From Phaeosaccion multiseriatum (Eukaryota > Protista > Ochrophyta, other classes): DNA of 64,000 bases. The DNA lies in NCBI GenBank assembly GCA_965112735.1, contig OZ218962.1, positions 3,162,001 to 3,226,000 of the forward strand, read 5' to 3'. The notes under the pieces were generated by a model that was given only the letters and a program-made list of their open reading frames with translations, ran no database searches and was not told where the DNA came from. Below are positions 12,389 to 22,318 of this stretch, piece after piece; the stretch's first letter is position 1, and every line of letters starts with the position of its first letter. A program made the position numbers and the translations under genes.

Positions 12389-15300
12389 ATGTCTAACATC
12401 TACCACCGAGAGCCTCCAACCTTCGGCAAGGTGCTGTTGCACACGACGTACGGAGATATCGACGTGGAGCTGTGGAGCAAGGAGTGCCCCAAGGCGTGTA
12501 GAAACTTCGTGCAGCTCGCTCTGGACGGGGTGAGTGAGTGAGCGGGCGAGGGAGGGAGGGAGAGGGAGTGGAAGATGGAGAGGGAGGGGAGGGAAGCGGG
12601 ACAGGGAATAAAAACAAAGTTTCCAGCTCTGCCTGCTGCAGCTTGTCCTATTGAGCCACTGGCCTTGCTGCCACTTGGCACATATCAGGTGCTAACGCGA
12701 CACTCTTGTCTGTTCCGACCCTGCCTTGGCAGTACTACGATGACACCATCTTCCACCGCATCGTGACCAAGTTCATGGTGCAGGGGGGAGACCCCACGGG
12801 CACGGGCAAGGGCGGACAGTCCATCTACGGCAAGCCCTTCAAGGATGAGATACACAGCCGCATACAGTTCAACCACAGAGGGCAGGTGAGAGGTCTAGGG
12901 GGCCGGGGGGGGCGATGCCACGATCCGGAGAGAAGGGAGCAGCTAGTCCTGTTGCTGGTGCTCATCTCTCTGGGCTGACCCCGTCCCGTCGCTTCTCTCC
13001 TTCCCCTCGTCTCTTCCTGATATTAATGCAATGGGCTGGCGATGGTGCCCCTCCGGTGTCTGGTGTCAGGTGGCCATGGCCAATGACAATGAGCCAAACA
13101 CCAACCGCTCACAATTCTTCATCACACTCGATAAGTAAGGATCAGCGTAAGGATCAGGGTCGGTTTCAGAGTCAGGGGTAGGGTGAGCGTGGGTCTGCTG
13201 TCCGTTTGTCACTACTCGTGGGCTTACTACTCCAGCGAGCGTAGGGTCTTCCTCGTTCACTGTGGAGGACTGGTAAGGAGGTAAGGCTGGTGCTGAGCTG
13301 TGGTTTCCCGTCCCTCTGTGTGCACAGCTGTCCGTGGCTGGCCAAGAAGCACACGATCTTCGGCAAGGTGACCGGCAACACGGTATTCAACGTACTGGTA
13401 AGTCAGTAGGTCACTGAGGCAGTATGGCAGTGAAGCGAGTGAGGTGTGTGCTCTGCCTTCTCTCACCTCTCTCTCTCTCCTTGTACGACCAACTCGCTAA
13501 CTTGCTCGCTCGGCCTGCTCTGCCCATGAGGAATGTGGTAATGACTCGTCTCTGCTCTGCTCTGCTCTGCTCCGGTCGATTCTCCATTTGACTGAGCCTG
13601 TGCACACAGTCTGCATCGCTCTTACCTCGATCTTTCCCACGCTCTCCTCTCTCTTCCAGCGCATGGGTGACTTGGAGACCGGCGCTGACGACCGCCCCAA
13701 GGACCCCCCCAAGCTGACGAGCGTGGAGGTGCTGCTCAACCCCTTCGACGATGTGTGTCCGCGACACATCAAGACGGTGGCGCAGGAGAGCAAGGAGGAG
13801 CAACGCAAGCAGGAGGAGGCCAAGAAGAGGAAGAGGAAGAAGGCACAGAGCAAGAAGGACTTCAAGGTAGATCCAGTCGGTCGGTTGGGGGGGTGCGTGG
13901 GTGGCCCTGTCTACCTACGCCTGTTCGCCTCCTCCTCCTCCTCCTCCTCCTCCTCCTCCTCCTCCTCCTCCTCCTCCTCCTCCTCCTCCTCCTCCTCCTC
14001 ATCCTCTACGTCTGCTACCGCCATTTGTACCCCCACCCCCTCCCTCCCCTTCAGGTGCTGAGCTTTGGCGATGAGGCCGAGGAGGAGGAGATGGCCCTCA
14101 CAAATGGCGGCACCGAAGGAGAAGGAGGAGGACAAAACGGGGGAGGGCAAGGGAAGGCAGTGAAGAAGAAGAAGAAGATGGTGAGCGCACATGACGTGCT
14201 CAACGATGAGAGGCTCAGCAAAGAAAAGGCGTACGAGGGAGAGGAGCTAGGGAAGCAGTCTGAGCAGGCCAACGGACGAGGGGGTGACGAAGAGGAGGAG
14301 GAGGAGGGGGAGGGGGGGGAGGAGGGGCGGCAGGGCGGAGGAGGGGAGGATAGGGGAGGAGGGGGCAAGAGAAAGAAGAGGGACAGGGAAAGCGGGGACG
14401 AGGAGAAGGAGGAGAAGGGGGATGAGGGCGACTTTGCGGCTAAGATGCGAAGGAAAATGCTCGAGACGCGGCGGAGGCTGGACGGGGCCGACGGAGGAGA
14501 GGGGAGGGAGGACGAGGCGGGGGGGCGGGAGAGGAAGAGGGAGGAGAAGGAGCGGAGAGCCAAGGAGGAGGAGAAGGCGCAGAGAAAGGAGCTCAAGAAG
14601 AGAGCACGCAGCCAGGCGGAGGAGCACGAGGAGCGGAGGGACGAGCTCAAGATACACAACAGGTGACGCCTTTGGATGGCAGCAGATGGATGTGCTCTTC
14701 ACTTCTGTCTCCTTTGGATGGTAGCAGATGGGCGTCTATCTTGTGCGGCCTGCACCCCTCCCACTCTTGGGATCTTCTTCGCGCCCGACTTTGGACCTTT
14801 GCGCTCACCAGGTCCCCACACTCCGTCTGTTTTCTTACCCCACCCGCCCATATACCCCCCCATGCACGCACCCCCTTACCCCACCCCCTCCCACTTGCCA
14901 TGCCCCAGAGCTGCCAAGGTGATGACGGGGCAGGAGAGGGCCAAGTACGACGCGGAGCAGGCAAGCGTGGGCATGATGTCTGTGGTGGAGCAGCGCAGGG
15001 CCAAGTACAAGCAGCGGAAGGCAGCCCACGGCAACAGGGAGGAGGAGACACTCGCCAAGCTAGCGGCCTTCTCCAAGGGCATGCGGGAGAGCAAGAAGAA
15101 GCTCAGGCAGAAGGAGCAGCAGACGGGGGAGGGGGGGGACAGCGAGGCGTACAACGGCCAGGTGCTGGAGGGCAAGCTGTACGAGGGAGAGGAGGACGAG
15201 ACGGGATGGATGCACGGCAAGCTCAAGTTCAAAAGACACATTGATGATGACGCGAGGGCGGGGAGGGGCAGCGACGGGAGGAGCGCAAGCGAATATGTAA

Positions 15301-15437
15301 CGCTGGACGACCGGAAGGCCCCCCCGGGGGGCAGGGGAGGCGGAGGCGGAGGGGGGGGCATGGGAAGGGGGATGGAGAACGAACGGAGAGCCAAGGGCAA
15401 AGGCCGGGAACAGCAGGGCGATGGCGGCAGATGGTGA
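12389..15437 (+). CDS. CWC27: Spliceosome-associated cyclophilin CWC27, multi-exon
   Basis: [108 protein letters not shown]; charged C-terminus. Confidence 0.93.
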
Positions 15438-15746
15438 GGAACACTCACCTACACACACACGCACGCACAGAGGGGGGGGTGACTCTCTCTCTTGCTTCTG
15501 TGTGACGAGGGACCGTCGCAGGTGCAGCACCAGCTGCAATTAGTTAACTCATGAAGTTTATTATGGCGCGTTTGGTCTCTTCTATAGAGATGAATTCGCA
15601 CTCCTGGCCACTCTCTCCCCCCCCTTTGTGGCGGCCCCTTTACAGTTACGTCCTCTGTGGGTAGTTGGCCCCCTTCTCGTCGACCGCCTTCTCAAGTTTC
15701 CCTCTCCCTCTATCGTACGGGCGCGATCGATCTCTCTCCCTCTCTC

Positions 15747-16160
15747 TTATCTCCGACGCAGGGGGTAGGCCCGAGGCCGCCTTTCTCTGTGCTGAGCCCG
15801 AAGCACCGCCAGCAAGTCCTTCTTCTCCTCCAGCAGCGCCTGTTCCCTTGTCCTCATCCTCTGCACCTTGTCGGCCTCCCCCTGCCGCCCCTCCTTAAAG
15901 AGCTTCCGCACTTGTACCCCCAGCCTGCGACAGAGCTCCTGCGCAGCTGAAACGTCCCGCTTCGCCTGTGCCACTTCCGCAAGGTCGGCGTTAGTAAGAG
16001 GGGCTGGTGCGGGGGGTGGTGGAGGGCTCGAAGCGGTGATATTCTTGCTGCACTTCACGGCCTTCTTGTCCTTCTTCACTGCATCGTTCTTCTTCTTGCT
16101 TCCCTTCAGCCTCTCCTTCTCCCCTTTTCGCTTTGCCATGAAGCCTTTGTCAACGCTCAT
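15747..16160 (-). CDS. Hypothetical basic/coiled-coil protein (137 aa)
   Basis: ATG-initiated ORF, Lys-rich N-terminus and helical C-terminus; divergent from FNIP gene 1; no family recognised. Confidence 0.5.
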   Translation of the reverse strand: MSVDKGFMAKRKGEKERLKGSKKKNDAVKKDKKAVKCSKNITASSPPPPPAPAPLTNADLAEVAQAKRDVSAAQELCRRLGVQVRKLFKEGRQGEADKVQRMRTREQALLEEKKDLLAVLRAQHRERRPRAYPLRRR

Positions 16161-16274
16161 CCAACGCTTCGCTGCTTCAGCAGCGAAGCCACGTTACTTT
16201 TGCATCGGCCTTTTTTTTCTAAAACGCCGATCACCCATCTCTGACCGATTTCAGATCCTCAGCTCGAAGAAGAG

Positions 16275-18119
16275 ATGAGCGAGCGAGTCGCGAAGCAAGA
16301 GCGAGCGAAGGGCGGGGCGGGCCGCGGACCGGAAGTCGCGACGGTTGAATGCTTTGCGGAATCCTTTGCGGGGGGAAGGACAATGAAAAAAAAAGGTCGT
16401 AGCGAAGGGCCAGCGGCGCTTCGAACTGTGGCCGGGCTCATTTCGAACAAAGCTCTATGGGGAGTGTGCAAGGAGGTGGATGAGGTCACCTCCCGCACTT
16501 TGGTAATCAGCTCCAGCATGCCCGACGATGTCCAGCACCGCATCCTGCGTATGCTGGAGCGACAGCAGGGAAAGGATGAGAGAAGGGCCGCTTTTACTTC
16601 TTCATCAGCAGCTGTGCTGTCTACTGCTGCCTCTGCTGCTGCTGCTGGTGATGGTTGTGAGGAACGCGATCCGGGGGAGGGGGTGCGAAGGAGGTCAGGG
16701 AGGAGAAGGGAAAAACAGGAAGAGCAGCAAAAGCGTGGGCAGGGGAAGCGAAATGAGGCTGAACATCAAGGCGAGGGACGCTTCTTTCACGTCGTGGCTC
16801 TGAGGCTCGGCATCAGGCATTACATGGAATTGATGAACACAGCCAACGTGTCTGCTGACAACGCTCTGACAACGAAGGCACTGGCGCTGCTGCCAGCATC
16901 GGTCAAGCGGGTGCGTTTCTCTGACTGCTTCAACCATGTCGACATGTCTCTACCTGGCGGTGTGGAGGAGGTGGAGATGGGGCGTGACTTTAACTTCCCT
17001 CTGGACCTCCCTGCCTCGCTCAAGAAGATCACTTTTGGCCAGAAGTTCAATCAGCACGTGGTTCTTCCTTGCGGTGTGGAGGAGGTGGTGATGGGGTTTG
17101 ACTTTAACCTCCCTCTGGACCTCCCTGACTCGCTCAAGAAGATCACCTTTGGCTGCAAGTTCAATCAGCACGTGGACCTTCCTTGTGGTGTGGAGGAGGT
17201 GGTGATGGGGGGGGAGTTTAACCTCGTGATGGAGGAGGAGTTTAACCTCCCTCTGGAGCTGCCTGCCTCGCTCAAGAGGATCACATTTGGCCAGAAGTTC
17301 AATCAGCACGTGGTCCTTCCTTGTGGTGTGGAGGAGGTGGAGATGGGGTGTGCGTTTAATCTCCCACTGGAGCTGCCTGCCTCGCTCAAGAAGATCAAGT
17401 TTGACCGGAGATTTAATCAACATGTGGCCCTTCCTTGTGGTGTGGAGGAGGTGGAAATGGGATCTGCCTTTAACCGCCCTCTGGAGCTGCCTGTCTCGCT
17501 CAAGAAGATCACTTTTGGCTGGAACTTCAATCAGCAGTTGGTCCTTCCTTGCGGTGTGGAGGAGGTGGTGATGGGTTGGTACTTTAACCTCCCTCTGGAG
17601 CTGCCTGCCTCGCTCAAGAAGATCACTTTTGGCTGGAAGTCACAGTTCAATCAGCAGCTGGAACTTCCTTGTGGTGTGGAGGAGGTGGTGATGGGGCGTG
17701 ACTTTAACCTCCCTCTGGACCTTCCAGCCTCTCTGAAGAAAATCACGTTTGAGCAGTGGTCCTTGTTCAATCAGCAATTGGTCCTTCCTTGCGGTGTGGA
17801 GGAGGTGGTGATAGGGTGTTACTTTAACCACCCGCTGGAGCTGCCTGCCTCGCTCAAGAAGATCAGAGTTGCTGAGGTCTCGAACTTCAATCAGCCCCTG
17901 GCTCTTCCTTGCGGTGTGGAGGAGGTGGTGATGGGGTGTTACTTTGACTTCCCTCTGGACCTCCCTGCTTCTCTGCGGACTCTCGAGCTGGGGCGGAATT
18001 ACACCGGCCCTTTGGAGAGCCTACCTGCTGGTTTGAAGCGGCTTGTGGTTGGAAGGAACTGCCCGCTGCCAACAGATGTGCCGAAGGGGCTTGAGGTGAC
18101 TCGGCTGCCGGTACTGTAG
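16275..18119 (+). CDS. FNIP-repeat (LRR-like) protein 1, ~18 repeats
   Basis: Intronless 614-aa ORF; alternating 22-aa units LPASLKKITFGxxFNQHxx / LPCGVEEVVMGxxFNLPLx. Confidence 0.9.
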   Translation: MSERVAKQERAKGGAGRGPEVATVECFAESFAGGRTMKKKGRSEGPAALRTVAGLISNKALWGVCKEVDEVTSRTLVISSSMPDDVQHRILRMLERQQGKDERRAAFTSSSAAVLSTAASAAAAGDGCEERDPGEGVRRRSGRRREKQEEQQKRGQGKRNEAEHQGEGRFFHVVALRLGIRHYMELMNTANVSADNALTTKALALLPASVKRVRFSDCFNHVDMSLPGGVEEVEMGRDFNFPLDLPASLKKITFGQKFNQHVVLPCGVEEVVMGFDFNLPLDLPDSLKKITFGCKFNQHVDLPCGVEEVVMGGEFNLVMEEEFNLPLELPASLKRITFGQKFNQHVVLPCGVEEVEMGCAFNLPLELPASLKKIKFDRRFNQHVALPCGVEEVEMGSAFNRPLELPVSLKKITFGWNFNQQLVLPCGVEEVVMGWYFNLPLELPASLKKITFGWKSQFNQQLELPCGVEEVVMGRDFNLPLDLPASLKKITFEQWSLFNQQLVLPCGVEEVVIGCYFNHPLELPASLKKIRVAEVSNFNQPLALPCGVEEVVMGCYFDFPLDLPASLRTLELGRNYTGPLESLPAGLKRLVVGRNCPLPTDVPKGLEVTRLPVL

Positions 18120-18316
18120 TGCACTGAGCCCGCCTTTCCCCATGTCTCACGGCATAATATATGATGCTTCGACGATAGATTACTTCTATTCAAAGGACCC
18201 TCATCTCCTGTGAGTGGGTGTACGGTGTGCGCCTCCCCCCCCCGGACAGGCCCTACCCTGCCGCTAATGCTGCTGCTGCCGGTGCGGAGATAGCCTGCTT
18301 CTGCCTCCTCCCCCCG

Positions 18317-18357
<41 letters not shown>

Positions 18358-19196
18358 GCGGGGCGGTGGTGGAAGCCTCGCCGCAGGAGGTCCCGAGTGG
18401 GTGTCTCGAGGGGGTGTGGTCTCGCGCTCGTCTCGACGCGCCTACCGAGGAGCGCCGCCCACCCGCAGCAGCCCCACCAACAGGTCAGTGCCTGGTGTCA
18501 GGAAGTCGGTCAGTGAAGCTACGGAGGGACGCGAGTGCCCTGCCTGCCCATCATAATATGCCTCTAATTTCTCTCACCCCCCCACTGCATTTCCTTGGCG
18601 CAGTGCGGCGAGTAGCGCGGGAGGGTGGTGGGGATGGAGAGGGAGGTAGGAAGGCAAGATCCAGCGCAGGAGCAACTGAATCCGAGAGGGGAGAGGGATG
18701 AGCTTCAGTGAGGGCCGAGCGACAGCAGCGACGGAGAGGAGCGGCAAGGAGGAAAGGGGTACAGCTGTGCAGGGGACAGGGAAGCTCAGCAATGGCAGAG
18801 TCGGGAGAGGTAGAGATAGCAACTACTTTCTACACAGAGGCACCTCTTAGCGTGTGTAATTTAAAGTTCCAATTCTGCTCCAACACGAAGAATTCCAGTT
18901 TCATGTCTGCCAGAAGAAATTCCAGCTTTATGTGCTCTCTGCCACCACTCCCTTCGCTGCAACCACCAGATGTGGCTCTCGGAGCGAGAGCGCGCCTTTC
19001 TGGGCCGGCTCAACCGCGGCGTCGGACCTGTAATCCCTCTCCCCAGAAGAAGAAGAATTGAGAGACCAACCATCTGTGACCGGACACGGGTAGAATCCAT
19101 CCCAGCCAGCGGAGGGGGGCTCGAGGGCCCCGGAGACACAGAGAACAGGTGTGACAGACATCAACGAGATAATAACAGGCGCAACAGCGCAAAAAA

Positions 19197-21278
19197 ATGG
19201 AGAAGGGCGGTGCCGTTGAGGGCCCAAAACACCATGCTGTGCCTAGTGAAGGGCCCGCGGCTCTTCGAACTGTGGCGGGGCTCATTTCGAACAAAGCTCT
19301 GTGGGGAGTGTGCAAGGAGGTGGATGAGGTCACCTCCCGCACTCTGGCAATCAGCACCAACATGCCCAACGATGTCCAGCACCGCATCCTGCGTATGCTG
19401 GAGCGACAGCAGGCGAAGGATGAGAGAAGCGCCGCTTTTATTTCTTCACCAGCAGCTGTGCTGTCTACTGCTGCCTCTGCTGCTGGTGGTGATGGTTGTG
19501 AGGAACGCGATCTGGGGGAGGGAGTGCGAAGGAGGTCAGGGAGGATTAGGACAAAACAGGAAGAGCAGCAGAAGCGTTGGAAAAGGCAGCGAAATGAGGC
19601 TGGACATGAAGGCGAGGGACGCTTCTTTCACGTCGTGGCTGTGGAGCTCGGCATCAGGCATTACATGGAATTGATGAACACAGCCAACGTGTCTGCTGAC
19701 AACGCTCTGACAACGAAGGCACTGGCGCTGCTGCCAGCATCGGTCAAGCGTGTGCGTTTCTCTGACCACTTCAACCATGCCGACGTGTCTCTACCTGGCA
19801 CACTCGAGGAGGTGGAATTTGGCCGGGGATTTAACACATCCATCCATCTCCCTGCCTCGCTCAAGAAGATCAAATTCGGCTGGGAGTTCAATCAGCAATT
19901 GGACCTTCCTTGCGGTGTGGAGGAGTTAGTGATGGGGCTTGACTTTAACCTCCCTCTGAAGCTGCCTGCCTCGCTCAAGAAGATCACGTTTGGCCAGAAG
20001 TTCAATCAGCACGTGGTCCTTCCTTGTGGTGTGGAGGAGGTGGAGATGGGGTGTGCGTTTAATCTCCCACTGGAGCTGCCTGCCTCGCTCAAGAAGATCA
20101 AATTCCGCTGGGAGTTCAATCAGCATTTGGTCCTTCCTTGCGGTGTGGAGGAGGTGGTGATGGGTTGGGACTTTAACCTCCCTCTGGACCTCCCTGCTTC
20201 TCTGAAGAAGATCGAATTTGGCTATTTCTTTAATCAGCACGTGGACCTTCCTAGTGGTGTGGAGGAGGTGGTGATGGGGGAGGAGTTTAACCTCCCTCTG
20301 GAGCTACCTTCCTCGCTCAAGAAGATCAAATTTGGCGAGAAGTTCAATCAGCACGTGGTCCTTCCTTGTGGTGTGGAGGACGTGAATATGGGGAATTTCT
20401 TTAACCTCCCTCTGGACCTCCCTGCCTCGCTCAAGAAAATCAAATTTGGCGAGAAGTTCAATCAGCACTTGGTCCTGCCTTGCAGTGTGGAGGAGGTGGT
20501 GATGGGGGAGAAGTTTAACCTCCCTCTGGAGCTCCCTGACTCGCTCAAGAAGATCAAATTTGGGCGGAAGTTCAATCAGCACGTGGACCTTCCTTGTGGC
20601 GTGGAGGAGGTGGAAATGAGATCTGCCTTTAACCGCCCTCTGGAGCTGCCTGTCTCGCTCAAGAAGATCACTTTTGGCTGTTACTTCAATCAGCAGTTGG
20701 TCCTTCCTTGCGGTGTGGAGGAGGTGGTGATGGGTTGGTACTTTAACCTCCCTCTGGAGCTGCCTGCCTCGCTCAAGAAGATCACTTTTGGCTGGAAGTC
20801 ACAGTTCAATCAGCAGCTGGACCTTCCTTGTGGTGTGGAGGAGGTGGTGATGGGGCGTGACTTTAACCTCCCTCTGGACCTTCCAGCCTCTCTGAAGAAA
20901 ATCACGTTTGAGCAGTGGTCAAAGTTCAATCAGCAATTGGTCCTTCCTTGCGGTGTGGAGGAGGTGGTGATGGGGTGTTACTTTAACCACCCGCTGGAGC
21001 TGCCTGCCTCGCTCAAGAAGATCAGAGTTGCTAAGGTCTCGAACTTCAATCAGCCCCTGGCTCTTCCTTGCGGCGTGGAGGAGGTGGTGATGGGGAGTGA
21101 CTTTAACCTCCCTCTGGACCTCCCTACTTCTCTGCGGTCTCTCGAGCTGGGACGGAAGTACACCTGCCCTTTGGAGAGCCTGCCTGCTGGTTTGAAGCGG
21201 CTTGTGGTTGGAAGGAACTGCCCGCTGCCAACAGATGTGCCGAAGGGGCTTGAGGTGATTCGGCTACCGGTACTGTAG
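19197..21278 (+). CDS. FNIP-repeat protein 2, ~24 repeats
   Basis: 693-aa ORF, same architecture as gene 1. Confidence 0.9.
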   Translation: MEKGGAVEGPKHHAVPSEGPAALRTVAGLISNKALWGVCKEVDEVTSRTLAISTNMPNDVQHRILRMLERQQAKDERSAAFISSPAAVLSTAASAAGGDGCEERDLGEGVRRRSGRIRTKQEEQQKRWKRQRNEAGHEGEGRFFHVVAVELGIRHYMELMNTANVSADNALTTKALALLPASVKRVRFSDHFNHADVSLPGTLEEVEFGRGFNTSIHLPASLKKIKFGWEFNQQLDLPCGVEELVMGLDFNLPLKLPASLKKITFGQKFNQHVVLPCGVEEVEMGCAFNLPLELPASLKKIKFRWEFNQHLVLPCGVEEVVMGWDFNLPLDLPASLKKIEFGYFFNQHVDLPSGVEEVVMGEEFNLPLELPSSLKKIKFGEKFNQHVVLPCGVEDVNMGNFFNLPLDLPASLKKIKFGEKFNQHLVLPCSVEEVVMGEKFNLPLELPDSLKKIKFGRKFNQHVDLPCGVEEVEMRSAFNRPLELPVSLKKITFGCYFNQQLVLPCGVEEVVMGWYFNLPLELPASLKKITFGWKSQFNQQLDLPCGVEEVVMGRDFNLPLDLPASLKKITFEQWSKFNQQLVLPCGVEEVVMGCYFNHPLELPASLKKIRVAKVSNFNQPLALPCGVEEVVMGSDFNLPLDLPTSLRSLELGRKYTCPLESLPAGLKRLVVGRNCPLPTDVPKGLEVIRLPVL

Positions 21279-22318
21279 TGCACTGAGCCCGCCTTTCCCC
21301 ATGTCTCACAGCATATAATATGATACTTCAACGATAGATTACTTCTATTCAAAGGACCCTCATCTCCTGTGAGTGGGTGTACGGTGTGCGCCTCCCCCCC
21401 CCGGACAGGCCCTATCCTGCCGCTAATGCTGCTGCTGCCGGTGCGGAGATAGCCTGCTTCTGCCTCCTCCCCCCGCCTGCTGCTGCTGCTGCTGTTGCTA
21501 CTGCTGCGCGGGGCGGTGGTGGAAGCCTCGCCGCAGGAGGTCCCGAGGGGGTGTCTCGAGGGGGTGTGGTCTCGCACTCGTCTCGACGCGCCTACCGAGG
21601 AGCGCCGCCCACCCGCAGCAGCCCCACCAACAGGTCAGTGCCTGGTGTCTGGTGTCAGGAAGTCGGTCAGTGAAGCTACGGGGGGACGCGAGTGCCCTGC
21701 CTGCCCATCATAATATGCCTCTAATTTCTCTCTCCCCCCCACTGCATTTCCTTGGCGCAGTGCGGCGAGTAGCGCGGGAGGGTGGTGGGGATGGAGAGGG
21801 AGGTAGGAAGGCAAGATCCAGCGCAGGAGCAACTGAATCCGAGAGGGGAGAGGGATGAGCTTCAGTGAGGGCCGAGCGACAGCAGCGACGGAGAGGAGCG
21901 GCAAGGAGGAAAGCGGCACAGCTGTCGCAGGGGACAGGGAAGCTGAGCAATGGCAGAGTCGGGAGAGGTAGAGACAGCAACTACTTTCTACACAGAGGCA
22001 CCTCTTAGCGTGTGTAATTTAAAGTTCCAATTCTGCTCCAACACGAAGAATTCCAGTTTCATGTCTGCCAGAAGAAATTCCAGCTTTATGTGCTCTCTGC
22101 CACCACTTCCTTCGCTGCAACCACCAGATGTGGCTCTCGGAGCGAGAGCGCGCCTTCCTGGGCCGGCTCAACCGCGGCGTCGGAACAGTTCCGGGGAACT
22201 TAGCCCCCGAGGTAAGAGAGACATCGGGTGCCACCATCTGTGACCGGACTCGGGTAGAATCCATCCCACGCACCAGCCAGCCAGCCAGCCCCCCAAGACA
22301 GACAATATACTCTAGCAA

